From Curvularia clavata (lineage: Eukaryota): a stretch of DNA of 64,000 bases. A program made the position numbers and the translations under genes. The stretch covers positions 5,084,001 to 5,148,000 of the forward strand of contig CP089275.1 of the NCBI GenBank assembly GCA_023920165.1, written 5' to 3'. Each line of letters opens with the position of its first letter. Positions within the stretch are counted from its first letter, which is position 1. Of the stretch, positions 12,696 to 24,308 are shown one piece after another. The notes under the pieces were generated by a model that was not told where the DNA came from, did no database searches, and was given only the letters and a program-made list of their open reading frames with translations.

Positions 12696-13500
12696 ATGCA
12701 CCGCATTGCTTTTTCCAGACGAGTTTTCACATCGGGACTTTTGTGTGGTACAAGAACGACTACTACTACTGCTACTACTAGGAGTACTTTGCTTCTACGA
12801 CCTGCTGCAGTATCGAAATCACGAATTGGAATTGAACAATTGAGAAACATGTCTGGCATCAAGAGCGTTTCCACGGCGAATGCCTGTCCTCGTAAGTTAT
12901 CTTCCTAGTTGCAGACTCGATGCTTCCGGCGCGAGAGACCTGAGATGGAGAGCGAAGGATGTAGAAAGATTCAATATGATGGCTAACCGTTCAATCCAGC
13001 TGCGGGACCTTATGTACGTCTCTATCCCTACGTCGAAGCTTGAGGAAATCTTCGAGCGTCTTTCCCTTGACAACGCCCTAACCACCCCACCACCTAGTCC
13101 CAAGCCATCATCGCCGGCCCCAGCATCTTCGTCTCGGGCCAGATCCCTGCCGACACAAAAGGCAACCTGATCGAAGGCAGCATCGCCGACAAGACCAAAA
13201 TGTGCTGTGAGAACATCAAGGGCATTCTTACCGAGGCGGGTGTCGGCCTGGACAAGGTCGTCAAGGTACTTCTACCTCAATAGCGCTTGGAAGCGAAGAA
13301 AGGAGAAAGGGAAGACTAACATCCGACAGGTCAACGTCTTCCTCGATGACATGGCGCATTTCGCAGAGATGAACAGCGTCTTTGAGAAGTACTTCGCACA
13401 CAAGCCGGCGCGCAGCTGCGTTGCCGTTAAGCAGCTGCCCAAGGGCGTGCCGGTGGAGATTGAGTGCATTGCGTATAACGGTACGAACGCGAAGCTGTAA
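12696..13500 (+). CDS. RidA/YjgF/Mmf1/UK114 family enamine-imine deaminase (4 exons)
   Basis: Exons 12696..12891, 13000..13013, 13098..13265 and 13330..13500 give ACPPAGPYSQAI...FVSGQIP...VKVNVFLDDMAHFAEMN...KPARSCVAVKQLPKGVPVEIECIA, including the catalytic Arg of PAR. Second in-frame ATG at 12849; C-terminus is AKL. Confidence 0.92.
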
Positions 13501-13978
13501 GGTGCGTTGGGCTGATTTGTTGATGATGTGTAGGTTAAATACCGATTTCTGCGGTTTGGGATGTAGGAATGAGATATGGAATTGGGTTGACGGGAAGAAT
13601 GCTTGAAGAATCATTCTGTACAAGAAGTATTGCTAGATCGAGTTGGCTGTGTTCACACCGCTGCAGAACGCTATTTGTTTCGACCTCAGCCCTGTCCTCC
13701 ACCACTTTGAGCCCTTGCTTCAATAAACAGGCCTTCTCTTGAACGAAATCTGATTTAATTCCCCCATATCTCCTCAATTGGCGCCTCTATATGAGAAGTA
13801 TAAACCCATCTAGCAGGTCTCTGGCGTGGACATCATGCGCTGTATACAGTTGCTACACACATTTCACTGCAGAATTACTAATAACCCTACCCTAAAACCT
13901 GTATTATCCACATTTAGATCTTTCTCAACCCATAGCCACAAGCAAAAGTCCAGATCCGACCCCACGACAATCCCCACC

Positions 13979-15687
13979 TCAAGACCGCATGAGCACACGA
14001 CACCCATCACCCGGCGCGAGCACAAGTGTCAAATTCTGTTTCTCCTTGCCCATGTCCACGACCGGCTCGTCTTCAGGCAGTTTCATGTTCGGGAAACATT
14101 GAATGAGCCTGACAATCGTATATCCTAGTTCCAACAGGGCGTATTCCTGGCCCAAGCACACGCGCGGCCCGCCGTTGAACGGCAAGTACCCCCAACCTAT
14201 ACTGCGGAACAGAGTCCCGTCTTCCCATCGCTCCGGCCGGAATTCAAGCGCGTCTTCGCCATAGAGGTCTTTGCGCCGGTGCATTGCGTACACGGAGTAG
14301 CCAATGACTTCGTTTTTGCGGACGAGGAAGGGTGAGCGTCCGCTGGGGCCGCCGCCGACGGGGAGTGTGGTTGTCCGGATTGCTGTGCGGCCGTTGACGG
14401 GTGCAACGGGGTAGAGGCGAAGGACTTCTTTGATAAACGCGTCGAGATACGACATGCGCTTTAGAATGGCGCGAGTCGGACATGGTGACTCTTTCCCTAG
14501 GCCAATCGTGTATCTGACTTCGACGCGCAGCTTGTCGAGCACCCGTGGATGGCGGACTAGGAGGCGGAATGCCCAGGCTATACTGCACGCTGTTGTGTCT
14601 CTGCCTGCTAGAAGCACGGCTACGCATTGGTCGCGGATTGTCTTTTCGTCTTGTGTTTTGCGGCGGAGAGCGTCGATGAATGTGTTGCACTTCTTTTCCT
14701 CGTCCTCGGTGGCGGAGTTGTTCGCGTCTTTGAGTGCCTCTTTGATGCCTCGATCGATGAAACGGTGGGTAGTCTCGCACGCGCGCTTGAATTTCGAGGA
14801 GTTGGCGAGCCAGTAGTATTCTCCAAGCCGACCGCGGTGAGATATATATTCTTGTGCTTCCTGGAAGGCTTTGGCGAAGTCCTCGTCTTCTCCTGTTCGG
14901 TCGCCGGCCTTGGTGTAGCCCATGGTGCTGCCGAAGAGTAGGAACAGCGTTGTGTTGAGGGTCAGATCATAGAAGAGCTGTTGCAGATCCATGACAGTGT
15001 CATCTTTGATGGTATGAATGAGGTCTTCGAGCGTATCGTGAATGGCATTGAAGTTTTGTTCGCGGTTTGCTGCCAATTGGGGACGGAGCAGCGCTCGTGA
15101 GTGTTTCCAGGCTGCTCCGTCTTGAGTGAAGATGCTGCTTCCTAACCAGGGCGCGAAATTTTCTGTACGCTTCCCAAAGCCAAAGTCTACGAGTCTGTTA
15201 GTTGTGTACACGAAGGAGGTGGGCTAAAGACCAACTCTCAAACTGAGTAGAAAGCACTGCTTCGATATTCTTGGGCTCTATTGTATTATACTGCACCTTA
15301 CCGACTGGTCGTTGTTAATTCCATCTTCACCGCAGTGTTTTTAACTTACGAATTCGCTGCTCATGCGTCAACCCAGTAGAATCGATGATTTCCATGAAGA
15401 ATTGCAGCAGAATCTGCTCTTTTACATGTCGGCTCGCTGTAAAGAGAACGTCAATGCCCAATGGCCATTTCGTTTTCATTACAGGCAAAGGCTCGCATCC
15501 CATCTTCTCACCAAATGCATCTTGTTCCTTAGGTATGTTAGCTTCAAAGTCACAAGCAATGCTCATAGCTGCTCCTCACCTTTCTTTCGGCTCGCTTTTC
15601 CAGGTATCGATGCACGAGATAAACCAACAACATAACGAGGAAGATGACATATCTCGTATAGACCAACTCCTGCATTGCATCCGACAT
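13979..15687 (-). CDS. Cytochrome P450, CYP52-clan-like (alkane/fatty-acid hydroxylase type), 4 exons
   Basis: AGRDTT (I-helix), EVLR (ExxR), PERW and heme motif FNGGPRVCLG; N-terminal TM anchor. Introns 15528..15579, 15305..15349 and 15187..15235 all preserve frame. Confidence 0.92.
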
Positions 15688-17676
15688 GTTGCTCGGTTCT
15701 TGATGAATGTGAGTACTGTGCAGGGGAGAATCGGAAGAATTCAAGACTCCAATATCATGAGAAAGACCCGTGGCGGAGCTTTTGTGGCTACCATCTTCCT
15801 AATTTTCTTCTTTCGTTGGTTAATGGTCAGACTCACGCCGTACCAATTTACGCTTTCGGTTACGTTTTTCTGTAAAGATCCAAATCCAAATCCTCTCTCC
15901 TCCTACCCAAACCCGCTCTCTGCCAATAAAAATGTAGTATGTTATATTTTGTCGCTCGTGAGGCGTGGGATATGTCTGTAGTGGTAATAAAATCGAGCAA
16001 TTTTGATTGGCAAATGACCATCTTCTCAGGGAGTGTGACCCGAATTATGAGGATGTTTGATGCTGACGACCTCCAGTACCCTTCAAATATATCCTATCCG
16101 TGGTACTCGATTACTTCATCATAATAACTTGGCACCATTGATTCAGCTCTGTGACCCTTCTAGAAGTCCTCATTCGTATATCTGCACGTGTAAGTTCATT
16201 CGAATCTCACCATACTGTCACGAGGGGATCGTGCGAGCTTTAGCAAGTTCTGCTGGGTTTCGATGCACGCAGATTGAACCAATCTACCATACTCTTCTGG
16301 CTCCACCGTGCAACAGTCACCGTACTTGTATTCAGCGATATTTACCTCTTGACTAAAAGCTAGCAAAATTGCCGAAAAACCAACCAGGCCCATATTCGCA
16401 TTATGAATCTTGTTCGTGCTGATGGAGTGTTTGCTTGCCGATATGCTGGTAGAACCCTGCAGTGTCGGTTCGATCAGAAGAGTTCATCTTTAATTGAACT
16501 GCCCTATCTGATGTCATCATATCACTAGACGGACAAGAAGATAGCCAATATTCGGGGTGTATTGATAAGGACCACAGGTTTTGCAGCCAACAAGAATCGG
16601 CTGACCAAGAGTGCCCGTTCACACTGTTCCGAGCTTTTACAGAGGCACTCGAACAAGATTAGGGATAAGCTCAAATGTTGTGAGGAGCGGTCATCAAGTT
16701 TGCGTTGGACCTAGTGCCGGCCCGTCTTGCCGTCCGGGGACTGGCGCAGGTCCACCCGTTAATCACGGTTCACCCGCCCGCTCCATTCATCTTTATTCAC
16801 AAAGAAGTAGTTTTTGTATGAAGAGATCCCATTTGGTCGTCTTCCCGAGGTATCTCCCGCATAGAAACCAAACTCGCTCGCTCTGGCGCCGGTCTTTCAC
16901 CGCTATATAATTCAACTACAGCTCTGAGTATAGACAACACCCATGCGCCAGGCACCGCGTGTCATGCCCTTGCATCTCCATGCACAGTGCTCTCATCGAG
17001 CCCTGAATTACTGACTTGAAATGCCCTCTTGCGCCAATCATCAATGATGTTACACATACGAGGCGGGGTACCTGGGCGGCACAACCTGTACACGTTCAAC
17101 TACCACCTATGCGGAGCTAGATAGGAATTGGCTGGGCCGATATCGAAATGCTTTGCTCAGTGTCTCAATTAACCTAGTTCAGTTTAGTTCGGCGAGTTTT
17201 CACGCGTATCCAAGGAATACACTAGTCGCGTCTATTCTGTGAGGCTCCTGTTAGCCTCGGGAAGCGAGTGTGTGGATACATCTTGTCGGGACGACATAAT
17301 TGGGTTTGCCTCGTCATAATTCTCTGGTTTTTCATACAGCCACGCTGAGGATCTCACGGAGCCAACAGGATGAATATGTCTGCCTAGCCGACTTCTAAGT
17401 CACAGGTTCGAATGCTTAACAGGGGACTTTCGAGGCGTTCCATTAAACCCTGCAAGACTGTGCATAGAAGGATCAGTACTTACTGTGTTGAGAAGGTCAT
17501 GGCGCCGATCCAAGCTATAGTCGCCAGTCTCAAGTACCGCTGTCACAAGGGGATCGAGATCGACTTTGACAACATGGACTTTGTTTCCGTCCTCTATTTC
17601 TATTCTAAAACTACAATGCTGGTCGCGGTAACTCATCGATATCGTCCGGCAACTTTGGACCTACACTATCGACCCC

Positions 17677-19497
17677 ATGACTTCTAACACCAAGAATTCG
17701 TATACTACGATCAAGTATCTAGCCCAGGAACGGACCCAGAATGTTACAGTTCCAGGCGGTAGCCGCTCAACTTCTTTGGCAGGAGTCAAAGATGCCGATT
17801 TTGTGGCCATCGGCCTTGGAGGCACAAACATGCTGGCCATGCTATGGGCTATAGCTATGGGCCGACGCGCAGTTGGTGTCGAACTGCGCGGTGATCCTTT
17901 TCTGGGAGTACATTGGAACATTCGTGAAGATATGTACCATCAGCTGGGACTCATTGACAAGATGATGCTCGACCGTTATGGTATTGAAAACGCACCAAAA
18001 AGACTTGATGGATCATTGTTAGGTCTCTCCGACTTATTCTACTCGCCGTCAACCATGGCCCGAGATATCATCCCTGGAGCGATCATCGAAGGATTCGACA
18101 AGCAGCACCACATGGTTGGAGAGATCCACAACATTGAGTACATTGACGACCGCTGGAAAGATGGCAAACCGCATCGCACTGTGACATCTGTGCCCGCTCC
18201 GACCATCCCCACTGCGCCTGATCCGAGTAAAATCCGGACGGACATGCGCGAAGTGCTCGACGGGCCATCAACGTGGCAGGCTGCGGCATATTCTATCCAG
18301 CTCCTTCTCCGACGATACCTCGAACAGCTGGAAAAGATTGATCTGAATGCCGGAAGAACACCTAGATGCCGCCTATTCACCCAACATCGCGTTGTGCAAG
18401 ACGGAAGTGGGCTAGTCCATCTACCCTGTGGCCGTGTTCAGATCCGCATCGAAGAAGTGACTGAAATCCACTACCATAATGAACTCCGGCGCATCCGCAC
18501 ACCGGGAAGCAATTTCATCGATCTAGGCGTTCCGGAACTCTTCAGCATTGCAACCGGCATCAATTGCCGCGAAGCAGAGAACCTAGGCTTCCAACAACAC
18601 GACGTAGAAGTAGACCACGGCGATGGTCAAGGACCCAAAGTCGCTCAAGCCGACTTCATTGCAGGCCAATTCAACATTCTCGTCAACGGACGTCTACGCC
18701 GCCGCATCGCTTCAGAGTTCGACCAACATGGCAACGAGACCTGGGTGCGCCAGATCGCCGTTGGCCACGAAAACGACCCCCGAGTATCCTGGCTCATTGT
18801 CGAAGTACCCGAACACATTTCCCTGTGTCCAACTCAGCGCGGCCTGGTATGTCCAAGCACCAGCAAAGACTCCGCCGAGTACTTCGCCGCCTATCAGCTT
18901 CTCCTCTACGACTACTACATCTCGCAAGCGTCTCTCATCCTCGAAATCTCACCGGACGAGCTCCGCCGCGTAAGCATGGTATATGGTCCCAAACCCTTCA
19001 GTCTCGTCGAGCGCATCGGCACAGACGCCCGCATCGCTACCAACGGCGTCGTCGCCGGCGACTCGTTTGGCAACGGCCACTTCCTGCACTCTGCAGGCGC
19101 CATGTGCGGCATGCTCGGCCACGCATACCGCTTCCTAGAGTACTGGCAGCGTCGCGCCGACGACGCCCACTGCGCCGAGTCCTCGATCCGGCTTCTCGCG
19201 GACCGCATCAAAGAGGATACCGAGGCGCTGCTGCACGTCAGCGCCAAGGAGTTCAGTCAAGCTATCCCGAGTAACTTTGGCGCTGAGCGCGGGAGCAAAG
19301 TAGCGGCGGCGAGTGGGATCGCGCAGGATAAACGGGCAAAGGTCGGGGAGAAGAGGGGCCGGAGATGGGATCAGGCGCCACTGAATCCGACGGATTGGAG
19401 GAGGGTTTTTCTGAGAAATGGTCGCACGTGGAGTGCAGAGTTGCCGAGAATCGGGGAGAGGCATCCTGCTGTTAGAATGGAGATGGCGAGGCTTTAG
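17677..19497 (+). CDS. Uncharacterised FAD/NAD(P)-binding oxidoreductase-like protein with C-terminal PTS1 (ARL)
   Basis: 606-aa intronless ORF. Rossmann-like DFVAIGLGGTN...AVGVELR near the N-terminus and a GD-type flavin motif VVAGDSFGNGHF near the C-terminus. The true 5' end is uncertain (see findings). Confidence 0.7.
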   Translation: MTSNTKNSYTTIKYLAQERTQNVTVPGGSRSTSLAGVKDADFVAIGLGGTNMLAMLWAIAMGRRAVGVELRGDPFLGVHWNIREDMYHQLGLIDKMMLDRYGIENAPKRLDGSLLGLSDLFYSPSTMARDIIPGAIIEGFDKQHHMVGEIHNIEYIDDRWKDGKPHRTVTSVPAPTIPTAPDPSKIRTDMREVLDGPSTWQAAAYSIQLLLRRYLEQLEKIDLNAGRTPRCRLFTQHRVVQDGSGLVHLPCGRVQIRIEEVTEIHYHNELRRIRTPGSNFIDLGVPELFSIATGINCREAENLGFQQHDVEVDHGDGQGPKVAQADFIAGQFNILVNGRLRRRIASEFDQHGNETWVRQIAVGHENDPRVSWLIVEVPEHISLCPTQRGLVCPSTSKDSAEYFAAYQLLLYDYYISQASLILEISPDELRRVSMVYGPKPFSLVERIGTDARIATNGVVAGDSFGNGHFLHSAGAMCGMLGHAYRFLEYWQRRADDAHCAESSIRLLADRIKEDTEALLHVSAKEFSQAIPSNFGAERGSKVAAASGIAQDKRAKVGEKRGRRWDQAPLNPTDWRRVFLRNGRTWSAELPRIGERHPAVRMEMARL

Positions 19498-19821
19498 GGT
19501 AGAGAGGAAAGGAGAATGGGGCATATGTGCTTTTATGCGATTTTGGAAGGATGTGAGGTTGAGTATGTGTGCATGAAACTACTTACCTGTTTGACTTCAA
19601 TGTGTTTACTACATTTAGAGATTGCTGTGGGGAATTTAGTACAGTACTAGTTCAAGCAAGTTCACCAATTGCAACAGTCCAATCAATACTTCAATCGGAC
19701 TGACATCAAATTGGAGAAAAACACTCTCTTTCGAGAATCGAATTATATATTATCATTCATTCCTATCAAAGTGGTTTTGATATCGAGCATTTCATATCTT
19801 CCACTCTTCTCGAGCACGCTT

Positions 19822-22178
19822 CTACTGCGTAATAACTCCATCCATCGACAGCGCCTCATCCAACCCAACCCAGTACCTAATCCAGTTGAAAATGGACTTG
19901 TGCCACAGCAAGCTATTCTGCCTGTTTGTAACCCAGTGACCCTCATTGGGGAAATGCAAGAACCTCGACGGCACACCCATAGTCTGCAGAATGTTAAACG
20001 TCTGGAGGCCCTCAGCCTGCACGACACGGAAATCGAGGTCATTATGGATGATGAACTCTGGCGTGCTGGCGTTGGCGAAATGGGCGAGGGGATCCCATTT
20101 TTCGTAGTTTGCGCGGTTGTCCCAGACGGTGCCGTTGTTGTCGTGCTGGATGAACCAGATCTCGTCGGTGGCGTAGGAGCCGACTTGGTTTACTTTGCCG
20201 TCGTGGCAGACGAGGGCTTTGAATTCGCGGCCGAGAGCGTGTCCTTGGATCCAGTTAACCATGTAGCAGCCGAAAGAGGCACCAGCGGCAATGGCGCGGT
20301 CCGTGTCGACGAAATCGACATTGTCGCGGAGGTGCTCGAAGACTTTGACGAGGTCGCGGTAGGGGGATCCGCCCCAGTTTGCTTGGATCTGGGGATAACG
20401 TTAGCTCTGGTTTGCAGGGAATGTTTTGGGTGCGTACCTTGTCGGTGAAAGCTTGGCTGTAGGATGGCGTTCCAGTAAATTGCACGGTCGTCACAATGAA
20501 GCCTTGGTCGGCCCATGTTCTCAGATTCCATCGTGTGCTGTTTCGATTGTTAGCTTCCCACCATGAACATTACTGGCACTGTCTACGTACCTCCAGGTAT
20601 CTCCCTGGCTAGTCTGAGGACCACCATGGATGATGAAAGCAAGCGGGTACTTCTTGCTAGGATCGAAATCGGTGGGATAGAACATGAATGTTTGGACTTG
20701 ATCGCCATCCTCGTTGGTGACCCAGAAGTTTGACACAGAGTCGGGCTTCAGGCCTTTGAGTTCAGGGTCCACTTCGTTGGCGGTGAAAAGAACCTTCTTG
20801 TCCTGGCCGGGAAGTTGCTTGTAAAACATGCGGCTCGTCCAACTGGCAGCGGCGGACACGAACGCGCTTCCATCTAGCAGAACGGAAAATGCGCCAATGG
20901 AAGTGTCTGGACCAGTGATGTTGGTTGGCTTGAAGTCAGCTGCAGCGTCTTGAGGCACCTGCCACAAACGAACAGAAGCGTGCAGCTCCGATGTGACCCA
21001 TAGATCAGAGTCATCCGCACTCCACTGAAGACCTGTAGGGCTGGAGTCCCAATCCTCTGCAACTGAGCGGACCTTGCTGTTCATGCCATCGATCTCTGCT
21101 ACGTACAGCTTGTACTTGTCGGACTCGTAGTCAATTCCGTCTTGTTGCGTGTAGGCCAGTTTCTTGCTATCGTGCGACCAAACGGGAGCACCCGATGCAC
21201 CTTGAGCGGTTTCAGGAGCAGTAGTACCTGGGCCATTGACGGGAACTGCAACCTCTGAGCCATCAAAGGGGACAATGTAGATGTAACTAGCGGTGTAGTT
21301 GGCCTTGGGAAGATGTGGAGACTTTGTGCGGAAGGCTACCATGCTGCCATCCTGAGATAGGTCGTAGTCGGCCGGGTCGCTTGAAGAGCCCTGGACAGGG
21401 CTCTCGGGGCGGGTGACGGTGTGGTTCATTCCCGAGAGCAGGTTTGTGAGCTTTCCGTCATAGGAATACGTGCCATTTTGGTTGCTCAAGACACCGCTGA
21501 AGACAGCATAGCGTTCAGCCTTGATGTAGTAGTTCCAGTGTCGCACAAAGTTGTTGTCGTACAACTGGCCCGTGGTCTTTGGGGCGGTGACAAGTTCCGG
21601 GTTGTAGGCAGACCCATTGTTTTCGTAAGCAAGACAGTTGCCGACGAAGCTGATTCCAGATTCTGTTTTTACAGCCTTCAGGCCCGCGAGCGGAGCATGC
21701 AGGGACGCAACAAGGGTGGGCTTGAATCCGTCTTTGCTGAGGTCGGCGGTGTAGAGCGTCACGCCTCCGGGGATCTGATCATTTGTAGCATTGATATAAA
21801 GGATGCTATCCTCGGTGTCGCCGACCCAGACAACCTCTGAAGCATCGCTCCCAAAGGGGGCTTTGGTGACATTTCCAGTCTCCGTGTCAAGGAAATACCA
21901 AGCCGTGCTGGCTTTCTCGGTCGTCCAATTGAACTTGGTCTCGGAGAATAAAGCTCGGTCCTACTCAGTACGTCAGCATATCAACTGTTTTGACTTGAGC
22001 TGAGCAACTCACGCCTTTGGGACTCAGTATGCCAGTGCTACGACGAGGTGCAGCGAGCAGTCCTCTGCTAAAGTTAGTATTTTCTTCTGTGATTAAAAAC
22101 TAATACACACTCGACGGTGATAGCCTGGGCGGATTGCAGCAGGAGGCCGGCGGCCAGCAGTGCAGTCTTCATGGCCAT
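19822..22178 (-). CDS. DPP5: Secreted dipeptidyl peptidase V (S9 serine peptidase), 5 exons
   Basis: Signal peptide MAMKTALLAAGLLLQSAQA; FVRHWNYY, IHGGPQ, nucleophile GASFG, Asp in HNDLDFRV, His in PNEGHWV. Four GT-AG introns near 22046-22110, 21961-22012, 20540-20590 and 20389-20437 (boundaries approximate). Confidence 0.9.
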
Positions 22179-23941
22179 GTTGATCTTTAGGGCCTGGCGG
22201 GGGAGAGACCTTGGAGGTGCAGAAATCAACGCGAAGGTGCATGCGGTAGCATTTTATACGAGCGTCATCAATGCAAGATTGAGCTTTTTACCATGGGATC
22301 AATACTGTGGGACTATCAAGTGTGCACCTTCCTCATTGGCGGTATGCCAAGGAAGCTTTCCGCGTCTTGGCTCAGGTTGTATTCGGCCGACTTGTGGGCG
22401 GAGGATGGATGCTTTCCCCATTGACCTTGGTATCGCAGATACGGGCGGGGGCCTTGACAAGGTGCATGAGGAACTATCACGACCTGCCAGATGAAGCTTG
22501 ACATGGAGGTTGGGCCAGGCGGGTGGCCTTGGCACCAGGAACGGCAAAGGGTGCCAAGCAGCCGGGGCACGGGGAAAAATTGTTCGCATACATAGTGACA
22601 CCCATTCAGCCTGCTTGTACCCGGAGTATGGAGGCGAGAAAGGACATGGATGAGTATGTAACCAACAGTGAGTTGGGATTGTCCATGTGCCCATGCCCAT
22701 GCCCATGCAAAGTCTGGTACAGCAGCCCTGGGGCCTGCACAAGCGTGAAGCTAATGCCAGGGCAGCAACATTGTCGAGCTGATGGTCAAACGACGGGCAT
22801 GCTTAGAGTAGAGCTACACATGTTAGCATCATGTAGGAACGAATGCGCTACGGGTGTCAAGGCCGGTCACGTGACTGTAAGAGAAAAGACGGGCCTCATC
22901 TTGTCGAAGCACTCTGAGACTGCGACCATGATTCAAGCCACGGCTGAGAGGCAGAGCGACGAGAGGATGGATGCAATGATGTTGCGAAAACTACGAGTGG
23001 GTCACAAGGGCTGTGGGGGAGCGTTGGAGGAGGCAGGCCTTGAAACGAGCGATCACCCAGACGCTAAATTTAGTTGGACGGCTGCGCCACGGATCCAAGG
23101 CGAAGTGACGATGGCCTGCAGCAGTAAGCCTGTCCGAGTGATGACAGGAGGCGACGGGTGAAAAGCCGCATGGTGGACGGCTGTGGTGGGGATGCGTGTC
23201 GACGATGGCCGTGTCGAGAGTAGAATGTGGGCGCACGAAGGATTCTTCAAGTGACCGTGGGGGATGTTGGACGCTGACGGAGACACGGAGTGGTGTGGCA
23301 CTCCCGTATTCCGCAGTTGCTAAATAAACATGAAAGCGGCGAGGGGGCCAATCACAGGGCGCGCGCCGTGGTTGAGCATGGTGATGCAGCGAGCAGGCTG
23401 ATGGTGGTCCTCTCTGCTTTGCACAGAGACTGTCTGCGACATGGGCGATGACGTTGCAGCAGCGTCGTGAGGGTAATAGCAGGCGGCTGCTAAAGACGAG
23501 CATGTCGCCTTGATGCTTGGTGCTTGGTGCTTGCTTGTGCTCCACCACGTCGGCAGACACGACACGACACAGGGCGAAACAGGAGCCTCGAGTCACCCAA
23601 AAGAGCGTCCTGGTGCGCACTGCCGTCTTATACGAAGCTAGCGCCCTGGTTGCCGTGTGTGCGCTGCTCTGATCCGCTGCACCCCACCGTCGCCCATTCG
23701 CCTCAGGAGAGGTTTCGCTCCCAACCGTCTGGCTCGCTCCGCCAGCCCTCGACCCCTCGACCCTCGCCTTTCACTTCGTACGCTCGCTACAAGACTTTTG
23801 CTGCCCTTTGCCTTGCCCCCGCTCTGCCCTGCCGCTGCCTCTGCCGCTCCTGCCAACTCTTCGCCGCTGCCTTCCCTGACGCTTGTTTCACTCGCAGCAG
23901 GCGCATCCTCGCCCGAGCCCCTGCTCTCTTTCCCGCGGCTT

Positions 23942-23967
23942 CACCACCACCACCACCACCACCACCA
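23942..23967 (+). repeat. (CAC)n microsatellite in the pyrimidine-rich leader region of the TRP/FLC-like gene
   Basis: About 8 perfect CAC units are visible in the sequence. Confidence 0.85.
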
Positions 23968-24308
23968 ACCCACACCATCGCCACAGTCGCCGCCAATTCC
24001 TCGCCCACCACCCGTACCATCCGCAAAATCGCCTTGCTCTCGATTCGCACACGCGACCTCGCCTTTCGCACCCCGGCGCATACGATTAAACCGCCGCTCC
24101 AGCTTGACCCAATCATCCGACTTCTTTTCCCACGTTGACGTTGGCGAACAGACGAACAGGCGAACATGAAGAGGGGGACGTCATGATGCCCGTTAGCACT
24201 CCGCGCAATGGCGCGCCACGGCAACCCCATCACAGCCTGCTCCATGTGCCTTCTGTACAGCCCATCCAGGCGCCGCTATGTCCGAGACGGAGACGGAGAC
24301 GGCCCACC

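Noticed and set aside
17401..17420. GGTTCGAATGC, a tRNA B-box-like sequence
   Set aside because: No T-stem, no upstream A box or cloverleaf and no terminator.
19580..19590. TACTTACCTG resembling the U1 snRNA 5' end
   Set aside because: No U1 stem-loops or Sm site follow; it lies in a short 3'-UTR region between convergent genes.
19669..20448. 259-aa + strand ORF and similar long shadow ORFs (8017..8580, 18564..19274, 55910..56698, 30007..30594)
   Set aside because: These are antisense or alternative-frame shadows of well-supported GC-rich genes, without independent motifs.
22299..24245. Several 140-210-aa ORFs between DPP5 and the TRP/FLC gene
   Set aside because: Low-complexity products driven by GC-rich promoter/leader sequence and microsatellites; no domain signal.
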